Of a DNA stretch of 56,772 nt, positions 16,687-26,009 are shown in pieces. This stretch comes from a virus. Its lineage: Duplodnaviria; Caudoviricetes. The first letter of the stretch is position 1. Each line of letters begins with the position of its first letter. Below the pieces are notes generated by a model. It worked only from the letters and a program-made list of their open reading frames with translations. It did not search any database and was not told the origin of the DNA. A program made the translations under genes and the position numbers. The stretch lies in IMG/VR virus record IMGVR_UViG_3300018432_000006, positions 1 through 56,772 of that record; one strand, 5' to 3'.

Positions 16687-17132
16687 CCCACACCCGCACC
16701 TTCGTCCTCTACCGCGACACCGACGTCACCGGGATCAGCGGCACCGGCCCCGTCGCTGACGCCGTCGTCTTCCCCGACGGCGTCACCGTGATGCGCTGGC
16801 GCGACGTACAGGGGCCGAACGCAGACCGCGGCGTGCGTCCCACCATCGTCGTGCACGAGTCACCCGAATCCGTCGAGGCCCTGCACGGGCACGGAGGCGC
16901 CACGCGCATCGTCTGGGGCGCGTCGACGGCCGTGTGTAAGCACTGCGGCGAAGCCATCGGTTCTGCCATCCCTGATGGGCGGCACGGGTGGACGCACTGC
17001 GACCTGCCGATGCGTGGCCTAGGCAGATGCCGTCCCGATGACGATGCCGGGCGCCCGTACGGGTACAACGCGGAGCCGGAGGGCACCCTATGCACGAGTC
17101 CATGTGTGGGAGCACTCCCAGGTGACTACTGA
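16683..17132 (+). CDS. Conserved actinophage-type hypothetical protein
   Basis: F.L.R..DVTGISGTG.VA..V.F.DG...W...HGHGG.T motif. Confidence 0.75.
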   Translation: MTHTRTFVLYRDTDVTGISGTGPVADAVVFPDGVTVMRWRDVQGPNADRGVRPTIVVHESPESVEALHGHGGATRIVWGASTAVCKHCGEAIGSAIPDGRHGWTHCDLPMRGLGRCRPDDDAGRPYGYNAEPEGTLCTSPCVGALPGDY

Positions 17133-17313
17133 CCATCCCACCGACGTCGACGCACCAGCGGAGTGCCCCACCTGCGGGGGGATGCGCCGCGTGGCGCGCC
17201 GGTACGACAGCGGTGAGCGCTACACGCGCGGCGCCCGCATCCGCGCCGCGGCGCTCGTGCCGTGCCCCGACTGCGTCCCGAAACAGCTCGAAGAGAGGAA
17301 GCCCGATGCCTGA
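17122..17313 (+). CDS. Small Zn-finger protein
   Basis: CPTCGG...CPDC. Confidence 0.55.
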   Translation: MTTDHPTDVDAPAECPTCGGMRRVARRYDSGERYTRGARIRAAALVPCPDCVPKQLEERKPDA

Positions 17314-17524
17314 ACGCAAGCCCCGCCGGATGATCGGCGTACCGCGAGCCCCGCGACTGTCCCGCGACCCTGGCGCCGGCATGCTCGCGGCCGGCTGCCT
17401 GGGGTGGGTGGTGCTCGTGATCATCGAGATTGCCGCCTTCCTGCTGCTGGGCTACCTCATCATCGAGCACCTGTTGCCGTGGGTCATCGATGTCGTGATG
17501 GACGCCGTCGAGCAGCGCGACTGA
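17306..17524 (+). CDS. Small membrane protein
   Basis: GAGGA RBS; long hydrophobic segment. Confidence 0.6.
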   Translation: MPERKPRRMIGVPRAPRLSRDPGAGMLAAGCLGWVVLVIIEIAAFLLLGYLIIEHLLPWVIDVVMDAVEQRD

Positions 17525-17529
17525 CGGCG

Positions 17530-17573
17530 TTGTGTCATCCGCGCCTAATGTGTATAGTCGGGGATGTCAGAAC
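17530..17573 (+). promoter_or_regulatory. Promoter with degenerate box
   Basis: TTGTGT-17-TATAGT then CGGGGATGTCAGAAC. Confidence 0.7.
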
Positions 17574-17594
17574 GGATCGATCACTGGAGACACC

Positions 17595-17984
17595 ATGAAC
17601 TTCGCGGCCACCGCCACCATCTCGCCCGTCGACTGCCCGTGCGGCGCCCGCAAGGCACTGCACATGGGCCACTCGAACACCTGCACCCGCATCGAGCGCC
17701 CGTCTGACGCCTACCACGGCAGCATCATCACGGTGCCCGCTCACCTGGTGCCGTTCATCATGGATGACCTGGGCATCACCGACATTCACGACGCCACCGA
17801 CGGGCGCAAGCGCGTCATGACGCTGTCCGGCTACGACTTCAACGACGACGGCGAGGTGTCCACCCTCCGGTGGCAGACCTGGAACGGCACCATGACCGTC
17901 ATCCCTACCGCCGTCGAGGACGACACCGCCCTGACGCTTTGGGTGGCCCGCGTCCCGGAGGCCCTGGCCGCTGAACTGGCCTGA
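17595..17984 (+). CDS. Hypothetical early protein
   Basis: GGAGACACC-ATG; followed by hairpin 17995-18020. Confidence 0.75.
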   Translation: MNFAATATISPVDCPCGARKALHMGHSNTCTRIERPSDAYHGSIITVPAHLVPFIMDDLGITDIHDATDGRKRVMTLSGYDFNDDGEVSTLRWQTWNGTMTVIPTAVEDDTALTLWVARVPEALAAELA

Positions 17985-18049
17985 CCCGCACCACGGCCCC
18001 CCACCACCCGGTGGGGGGCCACTCGCATCCCACACGAGACAGGAACCCC

Positions 18050-18811
18050 ATGGACAGCACCGAGCCGACGACCGAACTCGACTGGTGGAATGGCCAGTTA
18101 GCCACCCTCGACACGGAGACGACCGGAACAGACGTCGAGAACGACCGCATCGTCACCGCCGTCCTCGACATCTACGACGAGCACGGGCGCATCGCGTCGC
18201 TGTCCATGATGCTCGACCCGGGCATCGAGATCCCCGAAGCGGCAACGAAGATCCACGGCATTACGACGGAACAGGTACGAGCCGACGGAATCCTGCCCGT
18301 GACGGCGCTCTCGCGCATCAGGGGCGCTCTCGCCGGCGTCTGGGCGGAAGGTATCCCCGTCGTCGTCTACAACGCCGCCTACGACTTCACGATCCTCGAC
18401 CGCGAGTGCCGCCGGCACGGTCTCGGACCGCTCGAAATCACCGGACCCGTCATCGACCCCTACGTCATAGACCGGCACGTCGACCGGTACGTCAAGGGGG
18501 TCGGACAGCGACAGCTCGTGCCCACCTGCATCCGCTACGGCGTCGAGCTGGACAACGCGCACAACGCAGAGGCCGACGCAGCCGCCGCACAGTGGCTCGC
18601 CCGCGTCATAGGCCGCGAGCACCACATGAAGATGCCCAGCACGCTCCCGGACCTGTACCGGTGGCAGCAGAGCCTGCGCCGTGACCAGTCCGCGAGCTAC
18701 CAGGACTACCTAGCCCGCAAGGGAACGAAGAACGAGGACGGCAGCCCCATCCTCATCAACGGCGAGTGGCCCATGCAGGCATGGGTCGACCCGGACCTGC
18801 CCACCGGCTGA
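18050..18811 (+). CDS. DnaQ-like DEDDh 3'-5' exonuclease
   Basis: LDTETTG, YNAAYDF and AHNAEADA motifs. Confidence 0.93.
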   Translation: MDSTEPTTELDWWNGQLATLDTETTGTDVENDRIVTAVLDIYDEHGRIASLSMMLDPGIEIPEAATKIHGITTEQVRADGILPVTALSRIRGALAGVWAEGIPVVVYNAAYDFTILDRECRRHGLGPLEITGPVIDPYVIDRHVDRYVKGVGQRQLVPTCIRYGVELDNAHNAEADAAAAQWLARVIGREHHMKMPSTLPDLYRWQQSLRRDQSASYQDYLARKGTKNEDGSPILINGEWPMQAWVDPDLPTG

Positions 18812-19038
18812 TGGACCTGCCCACCGCCCGGCGCAACCTGGCAGCCGCCCAACGCGAACTGAAGACTGCCACCGACAAGTTCAACGAGCTGCAAGCCACC
18901 AGCGCCCGCCGACGGCGCGCACTACCCGGCATGACAGAGGCGCAGCAAGCGCGCGACGACGCCAAGAACAAGGTGCGTAGCGCCCTCGACGACTACAACA
19001 AGGCGCAGCGCCGACCCCGCCACACCGCACCACGCTGA
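18811..19038 (+). CDS. Coiled-coil hypothetical protein
   Basis: TGATG overlap. Confidence 0.6.
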   Translation: MDLPTARRNLAAAQRELKTATDKFNELQATSARRRRALPGMTEAQQARDDAKNKVRSALDDYNKAQRRPRHTAPR

Positions 19039-19068
19039 CCACCACGCGACACGACGAGAGGAACCACC

Positions 19069-19266
19069 ATGGCAACGACGAACCCCCTGGCACCGATGAA
19101 CAGGTGGCGTCTGCTGACCGTCACCATCCCGCCCAACGACCGCGATTTCAAGTACGTCGCGCTCGCCCCCGGCTGCACCAACACCCCGCACGACGGCACA
19201 AAGTGCGGGTGCATGACGTTCGATCGGGATTCCGACGGAGACGCGTACATCCGCGGCAAGATGTAG
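19069..19266 (+). CDS. Hypothetical protein
   Basis: GAGGA RBS. Confidence 0.65.
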   Translation: MATTNPLAPMNRWRLLTVTIPPNDRDFKYVALAPGCTNTPHDGTKCGCMTFDRDSDGDAYIRGKM

Positions 19267-19332
19267 GGTCATCGACGTCGAGCCGACGCCATGGCGCCCG
19301 GTCCCCCCTGGTGGGGGACCGGGCGTCGTCGT

Positions 19333-20037
19333 CTACCGGGGCAGGTGCAGGAACGCCTCGACCAGACGCCGGCACGTCGCATCCCAGACGTCACGCGGCA
19401 AAGGGTCAACCACCCCGGGCCGCTGCGGCTCGCGGCCGGTGCCCAGGAAGTAGTCCTGGAACTTCAGGTTCGTCGACCGGATCTTCCCCGTGTACGACCC
19501 ATGCCACATCACCGGGATGCCATACGCCTCCGCGGTGACGATCCCGTGCAGCGACGTCGCGATGATCCGCCGGCAGCTCTTGATCTGCCGCACCACCGCA
19601 CGCCAATCCTGCTGGGTGCTGATGTGCAGATGGCCCCGGTTGCGGCGGCTCTTCGATTCCTCCGCGTCGACGAAGTGCGGCACGATGCCGAGATCATGCG
19701 TCACCTCGACGTCAGGGTCATATACGAACGGCAGCAACAGCCCCGGATCCCCGTACACCGTTGGTACGTCCGCGACGTCGATGGCCGACCTGGTGAGGGG
19801 GCCACGCACCGCGAGGAACGTGGCCCCCTCCGCCTGGTACCGGCGATCTTCCTGAACGCCGGCGCCCCACACGAAGTCACCGGGCCGCATCGCGTTCAGG
19901 ATCGATCCGACCGCCAGCACCTTCCCGTTCTCGGACCGGTCCGCGAGCTCAACAGGACCCCCCAGGAAATGCGAAAGAATCGGCAGACTCAGGGTGTCTC
20001 CGAAGTTGTCAGTGTCCGGGTGCTGGAACGCGCGCAT
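19333..20037 (-). CDS. Polysaccharide pyruvyltransferase family protein
   Basis: NFGD, VGSIL, VWGAG, AVRGPLT, GDPGLL, IVPH, SLHGIV.AEAYG and KFQDY motifs. Confidence 0.88.
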   Translation of the reverse strand: MRAFQHPDTDNFGDTLSLPILSHFLGGPVELADRSENGKVLAVGSILNAMRPGDFVWGAGVQEDRRYQAEGATFLAVRGPLTRSAIDVADVPTVYGDPGLLLPFVYDPDVEVTHDLGIVPHFVDAEESKSRRNRGHLHISTQQDWRAVVRQIKSCRRIIATSLHGIVTAEAYGIPVMWHGSYTGKIRSTNLKFQDYFLGTGREPQRPGVVDPLPRDVWDATCRRLVEAFLHLPR

Positions 20038-20314
20038 GGCGCAATCGTCCCTTGGCAGAGCCGCAGACGTCGCACACGACGCGCTCGCCTGGCACCAGCG
20101 CTGACAGGGGAACTTCCAGCACATCAGCCACGTCCGCGAGCAGCGACACCGGCCAACCGAGCGCCCGCCGGCCCTGTTCGTACCTTCTGAATTTGTCGTC
20201 CTGTATCCCCAGTAGGGCCGCCACGTCGTTCTGCGTCAGCCCCCTAAGTAGGCGGATCTCACGCACCTTTGCGCCGATCCGTGCGTCATATGTCATGTCC
20301 TCATCCGGTGTCAT
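20009..20314 (-). CDS. XRE-family HTH regulator (candidate repressor)
   Basis: IGAKVREIR..RGLTQ..VA..LG......RYEQG; leaderless-type start. Confidence 0.85.
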   Translation of the reverse strand: MTPDEDMTYDARIGAKVREIRLLRGLTQNDVAALLGIQDDKFRRYEQGRRALGWPVSLLADVADVLEVPLSALVPGERVVCDVCGSAKGRLRHARVPAPGH

Positions 20315-20354
20315 GACGGCACCCTACGCGGGCGCGACGGTGCAGGATGGGCGG

Positions 20355-21266
20355 ATGGCAATCACACTCCCTGAAATCGCGACACGAGCATCATGGGGCG
20401 CCCGGTACGACGACGGCGACAAGACGTTGACCGGCCTAGCCGAAGAGGTGTTCCTGCACCACTCCGTCACCACGCAGCTCGCGAACACCGCGAGCATCGC
20501 CGCAGAGCGCGAGCAGATGCGCGCCATCGAGGCCGTCGGGCAGACCCGGTTCGGCACCGGGATCTCATACAACGTGCTCGTCTTCCCGTCCGGCCGCGCG
20601 TACGCCGGCGCGAGCTGGAACCGGCGCGGCACCCACACCGGCGGCCGGAACTCAACCGCCCGCTCGATCTGCCTGGCCGGCAACTACGACATCTACGCCC
20701 CGACCGACGCGCAGATCGTCACCGCGCGCCGCATCTACCACGGCGGCAAGGGCCGGCTGTGGCGTTCCGCCGCGGAGCTGTACGGGCACAGGGACGTGAA
20801 GTCGACGGCATGCCCAGGACGGCACGCGTACGCGCAGCTCGACACGATCCGCGACGGGGCGATCTTCGTCGGGAACCCCAAGCCCTCGACGGACATCGAC
20901 CCGACGCCGGCCCCCGACCGTCCCGAACTGCTCGTCGACGGCCGGTGGGGCAGAGCGACGACCATGGCGTTGCAGCACGAGCTGCGTACCCCAGCCGACG
21001 GCCGCGTGTCTTCGCAGGCGCTGCGCTGGCGCGACGCCAACCCAGGGCTCACCACGGGATGGGAGTGGGTGCGCGACCCGCGCGGCTCGCTGCTCATCGC
21101 CGCCTTGCAGCGTCGGGTAGGAGCCGACGACGACGGCATCATGGGTCCGGACTCGATCAAGGCCCTACAGCGGCACCTAGGGCAGCGTGTCGTCGACGGC
21201 GAGATCTGGAACCCGTCCGAGACCGTGCGTGCTCTTCAGCGGCGCCTGAACGACGGCAGGTTCTGA
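20355..21266 (+). CDS. Endolysin: PGRP/Amidase_2 plus peptidoglycan-binding repeats
   Basis: RASWGA, FLHHS, ISYN, GHRDVKSTACPG; VDGRWG..T..ALQ repeats. Confidence 0.92.
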   Translation: MAITLPEIATRASWGARYDDGDKTLTGLAEEVFLHHSVTTQLANTASIAAEREQMRAIEAVGQTRFGTGISYNVLVFPSGRAYAGASWNRRGTHTGGRNSTARSICLAGNYDIYAPTDAQIVTARRIYHGGKGRLWRSAAELYGHRDVKSTACPGRHAYAQLDTIRDGAIFVGNPKPSTDIDPTPAPDRPELLVDGRWGRATTMALQHELRTPADGRVSSQALRWRDANPGLTTGWEWVRDPRGSLLIAALQRRVGADDDGIMGPDSIKALQRHLGQRVVDGEIWNPSETVRALQRRLNDGRF

Positions 21267-21319
21267 CGGGGCCGGTAATAAAATCACCGGCTCTCTTAAG
21301 GTGATTATGTCCGGACAGT

Positions 21320-21359
21320 AGAACGGCCCGACCCCGGGGAAGCGGGGTCGGGCCGTTCT
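21320..21359. terminator. Hairpin between convergent genes
   Basis: AGAACGGCCCGACCCCG / CGGGGTCGGGCCGTTCT. Confidence 0.75.
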
Positions 21360-21372
21360 GGTATCGGGCTGG

Positions 21373-21576
21373 TCAGGACCAGTCGCCGGCGTGGAACTGC
21401 GCCCAGGTGATGGTGCGCTTCCGGCCGTCGAGGCGGAACGTGATCTTCGTGCGTCCGAACGAGATCCACTCGCGGCGCTGCACGACCAGGCCGTGGCCCT
21501 GCTCGCGGACGGCGGCGTTGAACGCGCGGGCCTGCGGGCCGTAGCCGGTGGTGGGGAGCGTGAGGGTGGTGACCAT
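21373..21576 (-). CDS. Hypothetical early protein
   Basis: AGGAGGCACACC-ATG. Confidence 0.7.
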   Translation of the reverse strand: MVTTLTLPTTGYGPQARAFNAAVREQGHGLVVQRREWISFGRTKITFRLDGRKRTITWAQFHAGDWS

Positions 21577-21617
21577 GGTGTGCCTCCTGGGCTGGGGCCT
21601 CCGGGTGAGGCCGTTCC

Positions 21618-21661
21618 GTTCTGACATGCGTAACCATACACGGATGCCGGAGACGTGTCCA
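21618..21661 (-). promoter_or_regulatory. Promoter with 17-bp box
   Basis: TGGACA-17-TATGGT; box at 21618-21634. Confidence 0.78.
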
Positions 21662-21748
21662 TCCCGTCATGCAAAACGGCCCCCACCGGTGAGTGGGGGC
21701 CGCTGCCGACGAGGGGTCAGACGTTCTGCTAGGAACAGCGCCAGTCTG

Positions 21749-22024
21749 TCACGCCGTCGGGCGCGTGGGGGACAGCGGCGCATGATCTCTCACCAGGTGA
21801 TGCGGCCCCGGGATCAGGTCGAGCAGCGCCGCGGCTACGTCCTGGTCCATCTCGATGTGGAAGTGATCCGACCCCGGGTGCCGGTTCGTGATGATGCGCC
21901 CGGGAACGAGCCGCGCCAGCTCGTTCCGGAGCACGATGGCCGCTTCGTGGCTCTCCTGAACCCGGAACATGCGCGCCTCCCGCTCCGTGCGCACGTCCGG
22001 GTCGTCGTACCGCTCGACGCTCAT
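21749..22024 (-). CDS. Hypothetical protein
   Basis: MSVERYDD; followed by hairpin 21677-21702. Confidence 0.6.
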   Translation of the reverse strand: MSVERYDDPDVRTEREARMFRVQESHEAAIVLRNELARLVPGRIITNRHPGSDHFHIEMDQDVAAALLDLIPGPHHLVRDHAPLSPTRPTA

Positions 22025-22028
22025 CGCG

Positions 22029-22454
22029 TCAGTCGACGATCCGGAACAGGCTGGTGCCCATGGTGCGAGCGTGGTCGACGTCGATCTGTGGAACCTCGAT
22101 GTAGCCGTAGGCGTCGCGCTTCGCCAGGCCAGACCGGGCGGCGTATCGCCCGCAACGCCAGACATCCTTCACGCGAACCGTGCCCTGAACCGGCGCGGGC
22201 TCGACCGTCGCGGCCGGCTCGACGGTCTCGACGCTGACGAAGGTGACGGAGCCGTTGGCGCCGTAGATCGCGTATTCGCCGGCGTCGACGTTGCGGGTGT
22301 GGATGTCACTCCGCTTGATGGTGACGTCGGCGCCGTGACGCTGGTAGTAGGCGTCCCGGATGGCGGCGTAGGCGTCTTCGGCCTCGATGCCCCGGAACGT
22401 GTGCGGGATGCGCCCACCCTGCGCGGCTCTGAGGGTGACGGTGTAGGTGCTCAT
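22029..22454 (-). CDS. Hypothetical early protein
   Basis: GGAGGACACC-ATG. Confidence 0.75.
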   Translation of the reverse strand: MSTYTVTLRAAQGGRIPHTFRGIEAEDAYAAIRDAYYQRHGADVTIKRSDIHTRNVDAGEYAIYGANGSVTFVSVETVEPAATVEPAPVQGTVRVKDVWRCGRYAARSGLAKRDAYGYIEVPQIDVDHARTMGTSLFRIVD

Positions 22455-22475
22455 GGTGTCCTCCGTGACTAGTCC

Positions 22476-22634
22476 GTTCTGACGTGCGCAACCGTACACA
22501 CGTGGGTCACCCGACGCAACACCCCGCGTCGCCCGAACCGGTAGGGGAGAACTACCCATTCGGGTGATGGACACCGAACGGGTGTCCTGATTGACACACG
22601 TTGTCACCCCGGTGCATGCTCGCCACGTCAGAAC
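22476..22634. promoter_or_regulatory. Divergent promoter pair with boxes
   Basis: Leftward TTGCGT-17-TACGGT plus box 22476-22492; rightward TTGACA-18-CATGCT plus CACGTCAGAAC ending at 22634. Confidence 0.75.
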
Positions 22635-22655
22635 CGACAGAACGGAGAAACCCCC

Positions 22656-22748
22656 GTGAGACGACGCGCATGGTTCGTCCTCGCGCTGATCGAGGCCGGC
22701 ATCGTGTGCCTGGCCGTGGTCGGCGTCGACGCACAACGCACCTGGTAA
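22656..22748 (+). CDS. 30-aa single-TM peptide (not in ORF track)
   Basis: GGAG RBS, GTG start. Confidence 0.5.
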   Translation: MRRRAWFVLALIEAGIVCLAVVGVDAQRTW

Positions 22749-22760
22749 CGAAAGAGCCCC

Positions 22761-22928
22761 ATGGCACACCACAACCGCATCATCTGCGACGCATGGCCCT
22801 GCAAACCAGGACCCCCCGCAGGCCACCACCCCGAACCCACCGACGTCGACGAAGACGACGGAACCACCAGCGAAGCACGCGTCACGGTCCAACCGCCGCG
22901 CAAGCCTCGCCCCGACGACGAGAGCTGA
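22761..22928 (+). CDS. 55-aa hypothetical protein (not in ORF track)
   Basis: Fills the operon gap exactly. Confidence 0.45.
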   Translation: MAHHNRIICDAWPCKPGPPAGHHPEPTDVDEDDGTTSEARVTVQPPRKPRPDDES

Positions 22929-22937
22929 AGGGACCCT

Positions 22938-23141
22938 ATGCCCGAAGAGCCCGAAGAGCCCGAAGAGGTCCGGACCTACACCCCGCAAGAGGTAGCCACG
23001 CTGTTCAACGTGCATGTCCGCTCCGTGTCCCGATGGGCCGCGAGAGGCAAGCTGGGATTCTTCCGCACCCCGGGCGGACACCGGCGCTACTACGCCGACC
23101 CCATCGACGCGATGATCGCGAACGGGGGCAACAAAGCATGA
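22938..23141 (+). CDS. BldC-like / MerR-type (Xis-like) HTH protein
   Basis: TPQEVATLFNV..RSVSRWA..GKL...RTPGGHRRY. Confidence 0.88.
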   Translation: MPEEPEEPEEVRTYTPQEVATLFNVHVRSVSRWAARGKLGFFRTPGGHRRYYADPIDAMIANGGNKA

Positions 23142-23410
23142 CCACCGTCATCGTCATCACGGTCGGCTGCCTCTATCTCGCTGGCATCATCATCGCCGCC
23201 GGTGACGCGCTACTCGACGAGCTGAACGAGCGCGAGCAGATGTACACCGCAGAGCTGGACACCGTCCGCGACGACGCACGCCGCCGTGTGCTCGCCGCGC
23301 AACGTCGCATGCACTGGTCGCCCCTGTGGCCCGTGCTGCTCATCCAAGCCCTGTGGCGCCTCCGGCTCGAAAACGCACCACCCCGCCACGGAACACCCCG
23401 CAACCACTGA
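23138..23410 (+). CDS. Small membrane protein, SPxWP family copy 3
   Basis: YLAG TM; WSPLWPVLL. Confidence 0.7.
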   Translation: MTTVIVITVGCLYLAGIIIAAGDALLDELNEREQMYTAELDTVRDDARRRVLAAQRRMHWSPLWPVLLIQALWRLRLENAPPRHGTPRNH

Positions 23411-23425
23411 CCAGAGAGAACCCCG

Positions 23426-23977
23426 ATGAGAACCAACTACCACGCCCACCGGACCATCCCCGGTCTGGCGCTCGCGGCCTTCGCCGCCGCGACCATCGCC
23501 GGCTGCACCATGGCGCCGGCCCCCGCCGTCGACGAGCCGGCCCCGTCCGCGACCGTCGTCGACGACGCCGCGGAGACGCTGCCCGACCAGCCCGAAGGCC
23601 GGTTCGGTAAGCCCCTGAAGTACCCCGACGGCATGCGCATCAAGCTGTCGGAGCCGGAGCAGTTCGACCCGCCACCGGGCGCCTACATCGACGCGACCAT
23701 GCCGTACTACGTGAAGTTCACGGTGAGCATCACCAACGGCAGCGTCAGGCGGTTCGACCCCATCCTGATGTCGATCTCCGTCGCATCGGGGGAGACCCAA
23801 GGCAGCCCGCTCTACGACGTCAGCAACGGCCTCTCAGTCACCCAGGACACGGTCATCCCGCCCGGCGACGTGCGCTCATGGGTGGTCGCGTTCGGCGTCA
23901 CCGACGTCGACGACATCACCGCGCAGGTATCGCTGAACGACCTGGTGCACGACGACGCGCTGTTCACGGCGTCATGA
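23426..23977 (+). CDS. Lipoprotein (DUF4352-like beta sandwich)
   Basis: Lipobox IAGC; YVKFTVSITNG...FDP, IPPG....W.VAF. Confidence 0.75.
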   Translation: MRTNYHAHRTIPGLALAAFAAATIAGCTMAPAPAVDEPAPSATVVDDAAETLPDQPEGRFGKPLKYPDGMRIKLSEPEQFDPPPGAYIDATMPYYVKFTVSITNGSVRRFDPILMSISVASGETQGSPLYDVSNGLSVTQDTVIPPGDVRSWVVAFGVTDVDDITAQVSLNDLVHDDALFTAS

Positions 23978-24174
23978 TCACGCTGTTCCTCGGACCCGAC
24001 GAGTGCCGCGCGGAGCACGCCGGCCCCTACGTCGGTGACATCATGCGCGGATCGTTCGTCACCTACGTCTGCGACAAGCCTCGCGGACACGCCTACCCCG
24101 ACAGGCACTTCGATTCCGCATTGGACTTCGCGTGGTCGGACGCCGTCGACGCGCTGCGGCTGGTGACGACGTGA
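23974..24174 (+). CDS. Hypothetical protein
   Basis: C...CDKPRGH...H motif; coupled. Confidence 0.6.
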   Translation: MITLFLGPDECRAEHAGPYVGDIMRGSFVTYVCDKPRGHAYPDRHFDSALDFAWSDAVDALRLVTT

Positions 24175-24356
24175 CGACCATAAACGACATCCTGACGGCA
24201 CGGGGAGTCGCTTACTTGCTGCACCTGTTCATGATCTTCGTGACGGCGCTGGTGGTGTGGTGGCTGCACCGGTACGTGCCGTTCATCCCAGACATGCACT
24301 TCGGGCAGTGCATCGCGCTGGTAGCTGTCGTGCACGTGCTTCGACGGTGGTCGTAG
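24171..24356 (+). CDS. Small membrane protein
   Basis: Two TM segments; followed by hairpin 24367-24399. Confidence 0.6.
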   Translation: MTTINDILTARGVAYLLHLFMIFVTALVVWWLHRYVPFIPDMHFGQCIALVAVVHVLRRWS

Positions 24357-24429
24357 ACCGTCAGCAGCAGCCCCCGCGCTCTCACGGTGCGGGGGCTGTG
24401 TCATGTCGCGCATGACGGGTCGGAAGTGG

Positions 24430-24450
24430 TAGTGTTACGCCTGTAAGCAC
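24430..24450 (+). promoter_or_regulatory. -10 element with degenerate box upstream of the recombination operon
   Basis: TAGTGT then TACGCCTGTAAGCAC (14/17 match to the box). Confidence 0.55.
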
Positions 24451-24471
24451 ACACACGAGAAAGGGGCAGCC

Positions 24472-25269
24472 GTGCGCATCGAACACGACATGCCAATGCG
24501 CGAGTATCAGCGCCAGCCGGAGTTGTCAGCTTCGGACGTCAAGGCCATCAACTCGAACCCGCACCGCTGGTTCACGAACCGGGGACACGAGCGCGTGCCC
24601 ACCCCCGCGATGATCCTGGGGAGCGCGGTGCACGCGATGATCCTCGGAGACGACCATGAGGTGGTCGCGCTCGATGTCAGCGACTTCAAGACGATTGCCG
24701 CACGCCAGGCGAAGGCCGCAGCCCTCGACGAGGGCAAGTACCCGCTGACCATCGACCAGCACGAGCAGGCGACCGCCATGGCGAAGGCCGTACGCGAGAA
24801 CCCTGACGTCAAGCCCCTGATTGCGTCCGGCAAGTCAGAGGTGTCGTTCTTCAGCGAGCACGAAGCGACCGGGCAGCCCATCCGCGGTCGCGTCGACCGG
24901 GTCGACGTCGACGCCTGCCGCATCGTCGACTTCAAGACCAGCGACAGCGCCTACCCGGAAAAGTTCGTCAGGCAGGCCGGCCGGATGAACTACCACGTCT
25001 CCGCAGCGAACTACGGCGACGCGTGGGGCCACCACGCCGGCACCGCCCCCTGGGAAGTCCTCTTCGTCGTCATCGAGCGCGACTACCCCTACACGTGCTC
25101 CGTCGTGAAGCTGGGGCCGTCGTCCCTCGACCTGGGGCGCCGCGCGTTCACGCGTGGCATCCACACCTACCGGCAGGCCAGCATGACCGGCTCATGGGGT
25201 ACCCCGTGGCCCGGCATCACAACGGTCGAGCTGCCCAAGTACGAGTTCTACGCAGAGGACGAGCGATGA
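24472..25269 (+). CDS. RecE-like (exonuclease VIII/DUF3799) PD-(D/E)xK exonuclease
   Basis: LSAS..K, GSAVHA, SEVS.F, RGRVD, IVDFKT and YH motifs. Confidence 0.9.
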   Translation: MRIEHDMPMREYQRQPELSASDVKAINSNPHRWFTNRGHERVPTPAMILGSAVHAMILGDDHEVVALDVSDFKTIAARQAKAAALDEGKYPLTIDQHEQATAMAKAVRENPDVKPLIASGKSEVSFFSEHEATGQPIRGRVDRVDVDACRIVDFKTSDSAYPEKFVRQAGRMNYHVSAANYGDAWGHHAGTAPWEVLFVVIERDYPYTCSVVKLGPSSLDLGRRAFTRGIHTYRQASMTGSWGTPWPGITTVELPKYEFYAEDER

Positions 25270-25925
25270 GCGACCAGACGACCGACCAGACCACCGAAGC
25301 GGCACCGGAGCAGGACACCACGCGCATCACGCACGCGAACCTGCCCATGGCGCTCGCCGCCTTCCAGGCCGAGATGCCCACCGTCGCGAAGGGCCGCACC
25401 GCCCGCGTACCTACCAAGTCCGGTGGCGCCTACACCTACTCGTATGCGGACATCGCGGACCTGTCCCGCATCGTCATCCCGCTGCTGTCCAAGCACGGCC
25501 TCGCGTTCCTCTGCGCGCCCGCCATGGGTCAGCAGGGCTACGAGCTGGTTGGCCGGCTGCTGCACGAGTCCGGGCAAGAGTTCAGCGGCTCCCTGCCGCT
25601 GTACGGCAACACGAGCCAGGACATCGGCGGCTCGATCACGTACATGCGCCGCTACCTGCTGGGCTGCCTCACCGGCGTCGTCACGGACGAGGACACCGAC
25701 GCCGCCGGCGTGCCCGGCGACCGCCCGCAGCAGCAGGACCCGCGCGCGAAGAAGGAAGAGCCGCTGACGCAGGAACAGTTCGTGGCCATCAAGGAATACG
25801 CCGACTCCGGATACCCGGTCGATGACCTGATGTTCCGGCAGTGGGGAGCCGACGTCACGGCGAAGAACATGACCCGCACACAGGGTGACGCTCTGCTGAA
25901 GATCCTGCACGACACCGAAAAGTGA
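25266..25925 (+). CDS. erf: ERF-family single-strand annealing protein
   Basis: Y.YA.IAD, PLL.KHGL, LLHESG, Q.IG..ITY.RRY and DEDTDA motifs. Confidence 0.92.
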   Translation: MSDQTTDQTTEAAPEQDTTRITHANLPMALAAFQAEMPTVAKGRTARVPTKSGGAYTYSYADIADLSRIVIPLLSKHGLAFLCAPAMGQQGYELVGRLLHESGQEFSGSLPLYGNTSQDIGGSITYMRRYLLGCLTGVVTDEDTDAAGVPGDRPQQQDPRAKKEEPLTQEQFVAIKEYADSGYPVDDLMFRQWGADVTAKNMTRTQGDALLKILHDTEK

Positions 25926-25929
25926 CGAC

Positions 25930-25964
25930 GGTGGGGGCGGCGCTGAACAGGCGCCGCCCCCACC
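25930..25964 (+). terminator. Hairpin
   Basis: GGTGGGGGCGGCGC / GCGCCGCCCCCACC. Confidence 0.6.
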
Positions 25965-26009
25965 TTCCCCCACCTGCGAGCGCAACCCGCGCCCAGAAAG
26001 GATGATCCC

